From contig OZ024744.1 in NCBI GenBank assembly GCA_964016885.1, positions 30,504,001-30,568,000 on the forward strand: 64,000 nucleotides of DNA, in the 5' to 3' direction. A program made the position numbers and the translations under genes. The stretch is from Eledone cirrhosa. Lineage: Eukaryota. Below the pieces are notes generated by a model. The model saw only the letters and a program-made list of their open reading frames with translations. It was not told the DNA's origin and did no database searches. This document shows positions 12,201 to 26,160 of this stretch, one piece after another; position 1 is the stretch's first letter, and each line of letters opens with the position of its first letter.

Positions 12201-15200
12201 TGAAACAGTTCTAGTCCTGTAGAATCTCATCTATATTAATATTTTTTGATACCCAGATACCTGATGATTCCTAAAGAATGAAACAGTTCTAGTCCTGTAG
12301 AATCACATCTATATTAAAAATGTTTGATACCCAGATTGCTTATGATTTCAAAAGAATGAAACAGTTCTAGTCCTGTAGAATCTCATCTATAGTAAAATTT
12401 TTTGCTACCCAGATTCCTGATGATTTCTAAAGAATGAAACAGTTCTAGTCCTGTAGAATCTCATCTATATTAAAATTTTTTGATACCCCACAGATTCCTG
12501 ATGATTTCTAAAGAACGAAACAGTTCTTGTCCTGTAGAATCTCATCTTTATAAACATTTTTTGATACCCAGATTCCTGATGATTTCTAAAGAATGAAACA
12601 GTTCTACTCCTGTAGAATCTCATCTATATTAAAATTTTTGATACCCAGATTCCTGATGATTTCTAAAGAATGAAACAGTTCTAGTCCTGTAGAATCTCAT
12701 CTATATTAAAATTTTTGATACCCAGATTCCTGATGATTTCTAAAGAATGAAACAGTTCTAGTCCTGTAGAACCTCATCTATATTAAAATTTTTTGATACC
12801 CACATTCCTGATGATTTCTAAAGAATGAAACAGTTCTAGTCCTGTAGAATCTCATCTATATTAACATTTTTTGATACCCAGATTCCTGATGATTTCTAAA
12901 GAATGAAACAGTTCTAGTCCTTTAGAATCTCATCTCTATTAACATTTTTTGATACCCAGATTCCTGATGATTTCTAAAGAATGAAACAGTTCTAGTCCTG
13001 CAGAATATCATCTATATTAACGTTTTTTGATACCCAGATTCCTGATGATTCCTAAAGAATGAAACAGTTCTAGTCCTGTAGAATCACATCTATATAAAAA
13101 AATTTTGATACCCAGATTCCTGATGATTTCTAAAGAATGAAACAGTTCTAGTCCTGTAGAATCTCATCTATATTAAAATTTTTTGATACCCAGATTCCTG
13201 ATGATTTCATAAGAATGAAACAGTTCTAGTCCTGTAGAATCTCATCTATATTAAACATTTTTTGATACCCAGATTCCTGATGATTTCTAAAGAATGAAAC
13301 AGTTGTAGTCCTGCAGAATCTCATCTATATTAAAAGTTTTTGATACTCAGATTCCTGATGATTTCTAAAGAATGAAACAGTTCTAGTCCTGTAGAATCTC
13401 ATCTATATTAAAAATGTTTGATACCCAGATTGCTGATGATTTCTAAAGAATGAAACAGTTCTAGTCCTGTAGAATCTCATCTATATAAAAAAAATTTTCT
13501 GCCCAGATTCCTGATGATTTCTAAAGAATGAAATAGTTCTAGTCCTGTAGAATCTCATCTATATTAAACATTTTTGATACCCAGATTCCTGATGATTTCT
13601 AAAGAATGAAACATTTCTAGTCCTGTAGAATCTGATCTATATTAAAATTTTTTGATACCCCCCAGATTCCTGATGATTTCTAAAGAACGAAACAGTTCTA
13701 GTCCTGTAGAATCTCATCTTTATAAACATTTTTTGATACCCAGATTCCTGATGATTTCTAAAGAATGAAACAGTTCTAGTCCTGTAGCATCTCATCTATA
13801 TTAAAATTTTTGATACCCAGATTCCTGATGATTTCTAAAGAATGAAACAGTTCTAGTCCTGTAGAATCTCATCTACATTAACATTTTTTGACACCCAGGT
13901 TCCTGATAATTTCTAAAGAATGAAACAGTTCAAGGCCTGTAGAATCTCATCTATATTAACATTTTTGATACCCAGATTCCTGATGATTTCTAAAGAATGA
14001 AACAGTTTAAGTCCTGTAGAATCTCATCTATATTAAAATTCTTTGATACCCCCCAGATTCCTGATGATTTCTAAAGAATGAAACAGTTCTGGTCCTGTAG
14101 AATCTCATCTATATAAACATTTTTTGATACCCAGATTCCTGATGATTTCTAAAGAATGAAACAGTTCTAGTCCTGCAGAATATCATCTATATTAACGTTT
14201 TTTGATAACCAGATTCCTGATGATTTCTAAAGAATGAAACAGTTCTAGTCCTGTAGAATCTCATCTATATTAACATTTTTGATACCCAGATTCCTGATGA
14301 TTTCTAAACAATGAAACAGTTCAAGTCCTGTAGAATCTCATCTATATTAACATTTTTTTATACCCAGATTCCTGATGATTTCTAAAGAATGAAACAGTTC
14401 TGGTCCTGTAGAATCTCATCTATATAAACATTTTTTGATACCCTGATTCCTGATGATTTCTAAAGAATGAAACAGTTCTAATCCTGCAGAATATCATCTA
14501 TATTAACGTTTTTTGATACCCAGATTCCTGATGATTTCTAAAGAATGAAACCGTTCAAGTCCTGTAGAATCTCATCTATATTAACATTTTTGATACCCAG
14601 ATTCCTGATGATTTCTAAACAATGAAATAGTTCTAGTCCTGTAGAATCTCCTCTATATTAATATTTTTTGATACCCAGATTCCTGATGATTCCTAAAGAA
14701 TGAAACAGTTCTAGTCCTGTAGAATCACATCTATATAAAAAAATTTTGATACCCAGATTCCTGATGATTTCTAAAGAATGAGACAGTTCTAGTCCAGTAG
14801 AATCTCATCTATATTAAAAGTTTTTGATACTCAGATTCCTGATGATTTCTAAAGAATCAAACAGTTCTAGTCCTGCAGAATCTCATCTATATTAAAAATG
14901 TTTGATACCCAGATTGCTGATGATTTCTAAAGAATGAAACAGTTCTAGTCCTGTAGAATCTCATCTATATTAAAATTTTTTGCTACCCAGATTCCTGATG
15001 ATTTCTAAAGAATGAAACAGTTCTAGTCCAGTAGAATCTCATCTATATTAAACATTTTTGATACCCAGATTCCTGATGATTTCTAAAGAATGAAACAGTT
15101 CTAGTCCTGTAGAATCTCATCTATATTAAAATTTGTTGATACCCCCCAGATTCCTGATGATTTCTAAAGAACGAAACAGTTCTAGTCCTGTAGAATCTCA

Positions 15201-15730
15201 TCTTTATAAACATTTTTTGATACCCAGATTCCTGATGATTTCTAAAGAATGAAACAGTTCTAGTCCTGTAGAATGTCATCTATATTAAAATTTTTGATAC
15301 CCAGATACCTGATGATTTCTAAAGAATGAAACAGTTCTAGTCCTGTAGAATCTCATCTATATTAACATTTTTTGACACCCAGGTTCCTGATAATTTCTAA
15401 AGAATGAAACAGTTCAAGTCCCGTAGAATCTCATCTATATTAACATTTTTGATACCCAGATTCCTGATGATTTCTAAAGAATGAAACAGTTTAAGTCCTT
15501 TAGAATCTCATCTCCATTAACATTTTTTGATACCCAGATTCCTGATGATTTCTAAAGAATGAAACAGTTCTAGTCTTGTAGAATATCATCTATATTAACA
15601 TTTTCTGATACCCAGATTCCTGATGATTCTAAAGAATGAAACAGTTCTAGTCCTGTAGAATCTCATCTATATTAACATTTTTTGATACGCAGATCCCTGA
15701 TGATTTCTAAAGAATGAAACAGTTCTAGTC
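9212..15730. repeat. Segmental duplication, copy 2 (partner 1-6440)
   Basis: Same ordered series of rare variants as 1-6440, plus one extra TCTGGTCC monomer near 14055-14132. Confidence 0.9.
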
Positions 15731-16700
15731 CTGTAGAATCTCATCTATATTAACATTTTTTGACAGCCACGTTCCTGATAATTTCTAAAGAATGAAACAG
15801 TTCAAGTCCTGTAGAATCTCATTTATATATTAACATTTTTTGATACGCAGATTCCTGATGATTTCTAAAGAATGAAACAGTTCTAGTCCTGTAGAATCTC
15901 ATCTATATTAATATTTTTTGATACCCTGATTCCTGATGATTTCTAAAGAATGAAACAGTTCTAGTCCTGCAGAATATCATCTATATTAACGTTTTTTGAT
16001 AACCACATTCCTGATGATTTCTAAAGAATGAAACAGTTCTAGTCCTGTAGAATCTCATCTATATTAACATTTTTTGATACCCAGATTCCTGATGATTTCT
16101 AAAGATTGAAACAGTTATAGTCCTTTAGAATCTCATCTCTATTAACATTTTTTGATACCCAGATTCCTGATGATTTCTAAAGAATGAAACAGTTCTAGTC
16201 TTGTAGAATATCATCTATATTAACATTTTCTGATACCCAGATTCCTGATGATTTCTAAAGAATGAAACAGTTCTAGTCCTGTAGAATCTCATCTATATTA
16301 ACATTTTTTGATACGCAGATCCCTGATGATTTCTAAAGAATGAAACAGTTCTAGTCCTGTAGAATCTCATCTATATTAACATTTTTTGACAGCCACGTTC
16401 CTGATAATTTCTAAAGAATGAAACAGTTCAAGTCCTGTAGAATCTCATTTATATATTAACATTTTTTGATACGCAGATTCCTGATGATTTCTAAAGAATG
16501 AAACAGTTCTAGTCCTGTAGAATCTCATCTATATTAATATTTTTTGATACCCTGATTCCTGATGATTTCTAAAGAATGAAACAGTTCTAGTCCTGCAGAA
16601 TATCATCTATATTAACGTTTTTTGATAACCAGATTTCTGATGATTTCTAAAGAATGAAACAGTTCTAGTCCTGTAGAATCTCATCTATATTAACATTTTT
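15460..16700. repeat. Local tandem duplication, period 626 bp (~8 monomers)
   Basis: GACAGCCACGTT at 15762 and 16388, with the same flanking order of variants (TCTTGTAG/TTTTCTG, ACGCAGATCCC, CATTTATATA, CCCTGA). Confidence 0.75.
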
Positions 16701-18039
16701 GATACCCAGATTCCTGATGATTTCTAAACAATGAAACAGTTCTAGTCCTGTAGAATCTCATCTATATTAATATTTTTTGATACCCAGATACCTGATGATT
16801 CCAAAAGAATGAAACAGTTCTAGTCCTGTAGAATCACATCTATATTAAAAATGTTTGATACCCAGATTGCTTATGATTTCTAAAGAATGAAACAGTTCTA
16901 GTCCTGTAGAATCTCATCTATATTAAAATTTTTTGCTACCCAGATTCCTGATGATTTCTAAAGAATGAAACAGTTCTAGTCCTGTAGAATCTCATCTATA
17001 TTAAAATTTTTTGATACCCCACAGATTCCTGATGATTTCTAAAGAACGAAACAGTTCTTGTCCTGTAGAATCTCATCTTTATAAACATTTTTTGATACCC
17101 TGATTCCTGATGATTTCTAAAGAATGAAACAGTTCTAGTCCTGTAGAATCTCATCTATATTAAAATTTTTGATACCCAGATTCCTGATGATTTCTAAAGA
17201 ATGAAACAGTTCTAGTCCTGTAGAACCTCATCTATATTAAAATTTTTTGATACCCAGATTCCTGATGATTTCTAAAGAATGAAACAGTTCTAGTCCTGTA
17301 GAATCTCATCTATATTAACATTTTTTGATACCCAGATTCCTGATGATTTCTAAAGAATGAAACAGTTCTAGTCCTTTAGAATCTCATCTCTATTAACATT
17401 TTTTGATACCCAGATTCCTGATGATTTCTAAAGAATGAAACAGTTCTAGTCCTGCAGAATATCATCTATATTAACGTTTTTTGATACCCAGATTCCTGAT
17501 GATTCCTAAAGAATGAAACAGTTCTAGTCCTGTAGAATCACATCTATATAAAAAAATTTTGATACCCAGATTCCTGATGATTTCTAAAGAATGAAACAGT
17601 TCTAGTCCTGTAGAATCTCATCTATATTAAAATTTTTTGATACCCAGATTCCTGATGATTTCATAAGAATGAAACAGTTCTAGTCCTGTAGAATCTCATC
17701 TATATTAAACATTTTTTGATACCCAGATTCCTGATGATTTCTAAAGAATGAAACAGTTGTAGTCCTGCAGAATCTCATCTATATTAAAAGTTTTTGATAC
17801 TCAGATTCCTGATGATTTCTAAAGAATGAAACAGTTCTAGTCCTGTAGAATCTCATCTATATTAAAAATGTTTGATACCCAGATTGCTGATGATTTCTAA
17901 AGAATGAAACAGTTCTAGTCCTGTAGAATCTCATCTATATAAAAAAAAATTTCTGCCCAGATTCCTGATGATTTCTAAAGAATGAAATAGTTCTAGTCCT
18001 GTAGAATCTCATCTATATTAAACATTTTTGATACCCAGA

Positions 18040-21000
18040 TTCCTGATGATTTCTAAAGAATGAAACATTTCTAGTCCTGTAGAATCTGATCTATATTAAA
18101 ATTTTTTGATACCCCCCAGATTCCTGATGATTTCTAAAGAACGAAACAGTTCTAGTCCTGTAGAATCTCATCTTTATAAACATTTTTTGATACCCAGATT
18201 CCTGATGATTTCTAAAGAATGAAACAGTTCTAGTCCTGTAGCATCTCATCTATATTAAAATTTTTGATACCCAGATTCCTGATGATTTCTAAAGAATGAA
18301 ACAGTTCTAGTCCTGTAGAATCTCATCTACATTAACATTTTTTGACACCCAGGTTCCTGATAATTTCTAAAGAATGAAACAGTTCAAGGCCTGTAGAATC
18401 TCATCTATATTAACATTTTTGATACCCAGATTCCTGATGATTTCTAAAGAATGAAACAGTTTAAGTCCTGTAGAATCTCATCTATATTAAAATTCTTTGA
18501 TACCCCCCAGATTCCTGATGATTTCTAAAGAATGAAACAGTTCTGGTCCTGTAGAATCTCATCTATATAAACATTTTTTGATACCCAGATTCCTGATGAT
18601 TTCTAAAGAATGAAACAGTTCTAGTCCTGCAGAATATCATCTATATTAACGTTTTTTGATAACCAGATTCCTGATGATTTCTAAAGAATGAAACAGTTCT
18701 AGTCCTGTAGAATCTCATCTATATTAACATTTTTGATACCCAGATTCCTGATGATTTCTAAACAATGAAACAGTTCAAGTCCTGTAGAATCTCATCTATA
18801 TTAACATTTTTTTATACCCAGATTCCTGATGATTTCTAAAGAATGAAACAGTTCTGGTCCTGTAGAATCTCATCTATATAAACATTTTTTGATACCCTGA
18901 TTCCTGATGATTTCTAAAGAATGAAACAGTTCTAGTCCTGCAGAATATCATCTATATTAACGTTTTTTGATACCCAGATTCCTGATGATTTCTAAAGAAT
19001 GAAACAGTTCAAGTCCTGTAGAATCTCATCTATATTAACATTTTTGATACCCAGATTCCTGATGATTTCTAAACAATGAAATAGTTCTAGTCCTGTAGAA
19101 TCTCCTCTATATTAATATTTTTTGATACCCAGATTCCTGATGATTCCTAAAGAATGAAACAGTTCTAGTCCTGTAGAATCACATCTATATAAAAAAATTT
19201 TGATACCCAGATTCCTGATGATTTCTAAAGAATGAGACAGTTCTAGTCCAGTAGAATCTCATCTATATTAAAAGTTTTTGATACTCAGATTCCTGATGAT
19301 TTCTAAAGAATCAAACAGTTCTAGTCCTGCAGAATCTCATCTATATTAAAAATGTTTGATACCCAGATTGCTGATGATTTCTAAAGAATGAAACAGTTCT
19401 AGTCCTGTAGAATCTCATCTATATTAAAATTTTTTGCTACCCAGATTCCTGATGATTTCTAAAGAATGAAACAGTTCTAGTCCTGTAGAATCTCATCTAT
19501 ATTAAAATTTGTTGATACCCCCCAGATTCCTGATGATTTCTAAAGAACGAAACAGTTCTAGTCCTGTAGAATCTCATCTTTATAAACATTTTTTGATGCC
19601 CAGATTCCTGATGATTTCTAAAGAATGAAACAGTTCTAGTCCTGTAGAATGTCATCTATATTAAAATTTTTGATACCCAGATACCTGATGATTTCTAAAG
19701 AATGAAACAGTTCTAGTCCTGTAGAATCACATCTATATTAAAATTTTTGATACCCAGATTCCTGATGATTTCTAAAGAATGAAACAGTTCTAGTCCTGTA
19801 AAATCTCATCTATATTAAAATTTTTGATACCCAGATTCCTGATGATTTCTAAAGAATGAAACAGTTCTAGTCCTGTAGAACCTCATCTATATTAAAATTT
19901 TTTGATACCCACATTCCTGATGATTTCTAAAGAATGAAACAGTTCTAGTCCTGTAGAATCTCATCTATATTAACATTTTTTGATACCCAGATTCCTGATG
20001 ATTTCTAAAGATTGAAACAGTTATAGTCCTTTAGAATCTCATCTCTATTAACATTTTTTGATACCCAGATTCCTGATGATTTCTAAAGAATGAAACAGTT
20101 CTAGTCTTGTAGAATATCATCTATATTAACATTTTCTGATACCCAGATTCCTGATGATTTCTAAAGAATGAAACAGTTCTAGTCCTGTAGAATCTCATCT
20201 ATATTAACATTTTTTGATACGCAGATCCCTGATGATTTCTAAAGAATGAAACAGTTCTAGTCCTGTAGAATCTCATCTATATTAACATTTTTTGACAGCC
20301 ACGTTCCTGATAATTTCTAAAGAATGAAACAGTTCAAGTCCTGTAGAATCTCATTTATATATTAACATTTTTTGATACGCAGATTCCTGATGATTTCTAA
20401 AGAATGAAACAGTTCTAGTCCTGTAGAATCTCATCTATATTAATATTTTTTGATACCCTGATTCCTGATGATTTCTAAAGAATGAAACAGTTCTAGTCCT
20501 GCAGAATATCATCTATATTAACGTTTTTTGATAACCAGATTCCTGATGATTTCTAAAGAATGAAACAGTTCTAGTCCTGTAGAATCTCATCTATATTAAC
20601 ATTTTTGATACCCAGATTCCTGATGATTTCTAAAGAATGAAACATTTCTAGTCCTGTAGAATCTGATCTATATTAAAATTTTTTGATACCCCCCAGATTC
20701 CTGATGATTTCTAAAGAACGAAACAGTTCTAGTCCTGTAGAATCTCATCTTTATAAACATTTTTTGATACCCAGATTCCTGATGATTTCTAAAGAATGAA
20801 ACAGTTCTAGTCCTGTAGCATCTCATCTATATTAAAATTTTTGATACCCAGATTCCTGATGATTTCTAAAGAATGAAACAGTTCTAGTCCTGTAGAATCT
20901 CATCTACATTAACATTTTTTGACACCCAGGTTCCTGATAATTTCTAAAGAATGAAACAGTTCAAGGCCTGTAGAATCTCATCTATATTAACATTTTTGAT

Positions 21001-23210
21001 ACCCAGATTCCTGATGATTTCTAAAGAATGAAACAGTTTAAGTCCTGTAGAATCTCATCTATATTAAAATTCTTTGATACCCCCCAGATTCCTGATGATT
21101 TCTAAAGAATGAAACAGTTCTGGTCCTGTAGAATCTCATCTATATAAACATTTTTTGATACCCAGATTCCTGATGATTTCTAAAGAATGAAACAGTTCTA
21201 GTCCTGCAGAATATCATCTATATTAACGTTTTTTGATAACCAGATTCCTGATGATTTCTAAAGAATGAAACAGTTCTAGTCCTGTAGAATCTCATCTATA
21301 TTAACATTTTTGATACCCAGATTCCTGATGATTTCTAAACAATGAAACAGTTCAAGTCCTGTAGAATCTCATCTATATTAACATTTTTTTATACCCAGAT
21401 TCCTGATGATTTCTAAAGAATGAAACAGTTCTGGTCCTGTAGAATCTCATCTATATAAACATTTTTTGATACCCTGATTCCTGATGATTTCTAAAGAATG
21501 AAACAGTTCTAGTCCTGCAGAATATCATCTATATTAACGTTTTTTGATACCCAGATTCCTGATGATTTCTAAAGAATGAAACAGTTCAAGTCCTGTAGAA
21601 TCTCATCTATATTAACATTTTTGATACCCAGATTCCTGATGATTTCTAAACAATGAAATAGTTCTAGTCCTGTAGAATCTCCTCTATATTAATATTTTTT
21701 GATACCCAGATTCCTGATGATTCCTAAAGAATGAAACAGTTCTAGTCCTGTAGAATCACATCTATATAAAAAAATTTTGATACCCAGATTCCTGATGATT
21801 TCTAAAGAATGAGACAGTTCTAGTCCAGTAGAATCTCATCTATATTAAAAGTTTTTGATACTCAGATTCCTGATGATTTCTAAAGAATCAAACAGTTCTA
21901 GTCCTGCAGAATCTCATCTATATTAAAAATGTTTGATACCCAGATTGCTGATGATTTCTAAAGAATGAAACAGTTCTAGTCCTGTAGAATCTCATCTATA
22001 TTAAAATTTTTTGCTACCCAGATTCCTGATGATTTCTAAAGAATGAAACAGTTCTAGTCCTGTAGAATCTCATCTATATTAAAATTTGTTGATACCCCCC
22101 AGATTCCTGATGATTTCTAAAGAACGAAACAGTTCTAGTCCTGTAGAATCTCATCTTTATAAACATTTTTTGATACCCAGATTCCTGATGATTTCTAAAG
22201 AATGAAACAGTTCTAGTCCTGTAGAATGTCATCTATATTAAAATTTTTGATACCCAGATACCTGATGATTTCTAAAGAATGAAACAGTTCTAGTCCTGTA
22301 GAATCACATCTATATTAAAATTTTTGATACCCAGATTCCTGATGATTTCTAAAGAATGAAACAGTTCTAGTCCTGTAAAATCTCATCTATATTAAAATTT
22401 TTGATACCCAGATTCCTGATGATTTCTAAAGAATGAAACAGTTCTAGTCCTGTAGAACCTCATCTATATTAAAATTTTTTGATACCCACATTCCTGATGA
22501 TTTCTAAAGAATGAAACAGTTCTAGTCCTGTAGAATCTCATCTATATTAACATTTTTTGATACCCAGATTCCTGATGATTTCTAAAGATTGAAACAGTTA
22601 TAGTCCTTTAGAATCTCATCTCTATTAACATTTTTTGATACCCAGATTCCTGATGATTTCTAAAGAATGAAACAGTTCTAGTCTTGTAGAATATCATCTA
22701 TATTAACATTTTCTGATACCCAGATTCCTGATGATTTCTAAAGAATGAAACAGTTCTAGTCCTGTAGAATCTCATCTATATTAACATTTTTTGATACGCA
22801 GATCCCTGATGATTTCTAAAGAATGAAACAGTTCTAGTCCTGTAGAATCTCATCTATATTAACATTTTTTGACAGCCACGTTCCTGATAATTTCTAAAGA
22901 ATGAAACAGTTCAAGTCCTGTAGAATCTCATTTATATATTAACATTTTTTGATACGCAGATTCCTGATGATTTCTAAAGAATGAAACAGTTCTAGTCCTG
23001 TAGAATCTCATCTATATTAATATTTTTTGATACCCTGATTCCTGATGATTTCTAAAGAATGAAACAGTTCTAGTCCTGCAGAATATCATCTATATTAACG
23101 TTTTTTGATAACCAGATTCCTGATGATTTCTAAAGAATGAAACAGTTCTAGTCCTGTAGAATCTCATCTATATTAACATTTTTGATACCCAGATTCCTGA
23201 TGATTTCTAA
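18040..23210. repeat. Tandem duplication, period 2577 bp (~33 monomers x 2)
   Basis: AAACATTTCTAG c18066/c20643 and CTGTAAAATC a19800/a22377; the variant order matches throughout. Confidence 0.85.
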
Positions 23211-26160
23211 ACAATGAAACAGTTCTAGTCCTGTAGAATCTCATCTATATTAATATTTTTTGATACCCAGATACCTGATGATTCCTAAAGAATGAAACAG
23301 TTCTAGTCCTGTAGAATCACATCTATATTAAAAATGTTTGATACCCAGATTGCTTATGATTTCTAAAGAATGAAACAGTTCTAGTCCTGTAGAATCTCAT
23401 CTATATTAAAATTTTTTGCTACCCAGATTCCTGATGATTTCTAAAGAATGAAACAGTTCTAGTCCTGTAGAATCTCATCTATATTAAAATTTTTTGATAC
23501 CCCACAGATTCCTGATGATTTCTAAAGAACGAAACAGTTCTTGTCCTGTAGAATCTCATCTTTATAAACATTTTTTGATACCCAGATTCCTGATGATTTC
23601 TAAAGAATGAAACAGTTCTAGTCCTGTAGAATCTCATCTATATTAAAATTTTTGATACCCAGATTCCTGATGATTTCTAAAGAATGAAACAGTTCTAGTC
23701 CTGTAGAATCTCATCTATATTAAAATTTTTGATACCCAGATTCCTGATGATTTCTAAAGAATGAAACAGTTCTAGTCCTGTAGAACCTCATCTATATTAA
23801 AATTTTTTGATGCCCACATTCCTGATGATTTCTAAAGAATGAAACAGTTCTAGTCCTGTAGAATCTCATCTATATTAACATTTTTTGATACCCAGATTCC
23901 TGATGATTTCTAAAGAATGAAACAGTTCTAGTCCTTTAGAATCTCATCTCTATTAACATTTTTTGATACCCAGATTCCTGATGATTCCTAAAGAATGAAA
24001 CAGTTCTAGTCCTGTAGAATCACATCTATATAAAAAAATTTTGATACCCAGATTCCTGATGATTTCTAAAGAATGAAACAGTTCTAGTCCTGTAGAATCT
24101 CATCTATATTAAAATTTTTTGATACCCAGATTCCTGATGATTTCTAAAGAATGAAACAGTTCTAGTCCTGTAGAATCACATCTATATTAAAATTTTTGAT
24201 ACCCAGATTCCTGATGATTTCTAAAGAATGAAACAGTTCTAGTCCTGTAGAATCTCATCTATATTAAAATTTGTTGATACCCCCCAGATTCCTGATGATT
24301 TCTAAAGAACGAAACAGTTCTAGTCCTGTAGAATCTCATCTTTATAAACATTTTTTGATACCCAGATTCCTGATGATTTCTAAAGAATGAAACAGTTCTA
24401 GTCCTGTAGAATGTCATCTATATTAAAATTTTTGATACCCAGATACCTGATGATTTCTAAAGAATGAAACAGTTCTAGTCCTGTAGAATCACATCTATAT
24501 TAAAATTTTTGATACCCAGATTCCTGATGATTTCTAAAGAATGAAACAGTTCTAGTCCTGTAAAATCTCATCTATATTAAAATTTTTGATACCCAGATTC
24601 CTGATGATTTCTAAAGAATGAAACAGTTCTAGTCCTGTAGAACCTCATCTATATTAAAATTTTTTGATACCCACATTCCTGATGATTTCTAAAGAATGAA
24701 ACAGTTCTAGTCCTGTAGAATCTCATCTATATTAACATTTTTTGATACCCAGATTCCTGATGATTTCTAAAGATTGAAACAGTTATAGTCCTTTAGAATC
24801 TCATCTCTATTAACATTTTTTGATACCCAGATTCCTGATGATTTCTAAAGAATGAAACAGTTCTAGTCTTGTAGAATATCATCTATATTAACATTTTCTG
24901 ATACCCAGATTCCTGATGATTTCTAAAGAATGAAACAGTTCTAGTCCTGTAGAATCTCATCTATATTAACATTTTTTGATACGCAGATCCCTGATGATTT
25001 CTAAAGAATGAAACAGTTCTAGTCCTGTAGAATCTCATCTATATTAACATTTTTTGACAGCCACGTTCCTGATAATTTCTAAAGAATGAAACAGTTCAAG
25101 TCCTGTAGAATCTCATTTATATATTAACATTTTTTGATACGCAGATTCCTGATGATTTCTAAAGAATGAAACAGTTCTAGTCCTGTAGAATCTCATCTAT
25201 ATTAATATTTTTTGATACCCTGATTCCTGATGATTTCTAAAGAATGAAACAGTTCTAGTCCTGCAGAATATCATCTATATTAACGTTTTTTGATAACCAG
25301 ATTCCTGATGATTTCTAAAGAATGAAACAGTTCTAGTCCTGTAGAATCTCATCTATATTAACATTTTTGATACCCAGATTCCTGATGATTTCTAAACAAT
25401 GAAACAGTTCTAGTCCTGTAGAATCTCATCTATATTAATATTTTTTGATACCCAGATACCTGATGATTCCTAAAGAATGAAACAGTTCTAGTCCTGTAGA
25501 ATCACATCTATATTAAAAATGTTTGATACCCAGATTGCTTATGATTTCTAAAGAATGAAACAGTTCTAGTCCTGTAGAATCTCATCTATATTAAAATTTT
25601 TTGCTACCCAGATTCCTGATGATTTCTAAAGAATGAAACAGTTCTAGTCCTGTAGAATCTCATCTATATTAAAATTTTTTGATACCCCACAGATTCCTGA
25701 TGATTTCTAAAGAACGAAACAGTTCTTGTCCTGTAGAATCTCATCTTTATAAACATTTTTTGATACCCAGATTCCTGATGATTTCTAAAGAATGAAACAG
25801 TTCTAGTCCTGTAGAATCTCATCTATATTAAAATTTTTGATACCCAGATTCCTGATGATTTCTAAAGAATGAAACAGTTCTAGTCCTGTAGAATCTCATC
25901 TATATTAAAATTTTTGATACCCAGATTCCTGATGATTTCTAAAGAATGAAACAGTTCTAGTCCTGTAGAACCTCATCTATATTAAAATTTTTTGATGCCC
26001 ACATTCCTGATGATTTCTAAAGAATGAAACAGTTCTAGTCCTGTAGAATCTCATCTATATTAACATTTTTTGATACCCAGATTCCTGATGATTTCTAAAG
26101 AATGAAACAGTTCTAGTCCTTTAGAATCTCATCTCTATTAACATTTTTTGATACCCAGAT
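22030..26160. repeat. Near-tandem duplication, period 2185 bp (~28 monomers)
   Basis: TTTGTTGATACCCCCC g22088/g24273 and the rare GATGCCCACATT g23812/g25997. Confidence 0.85.
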
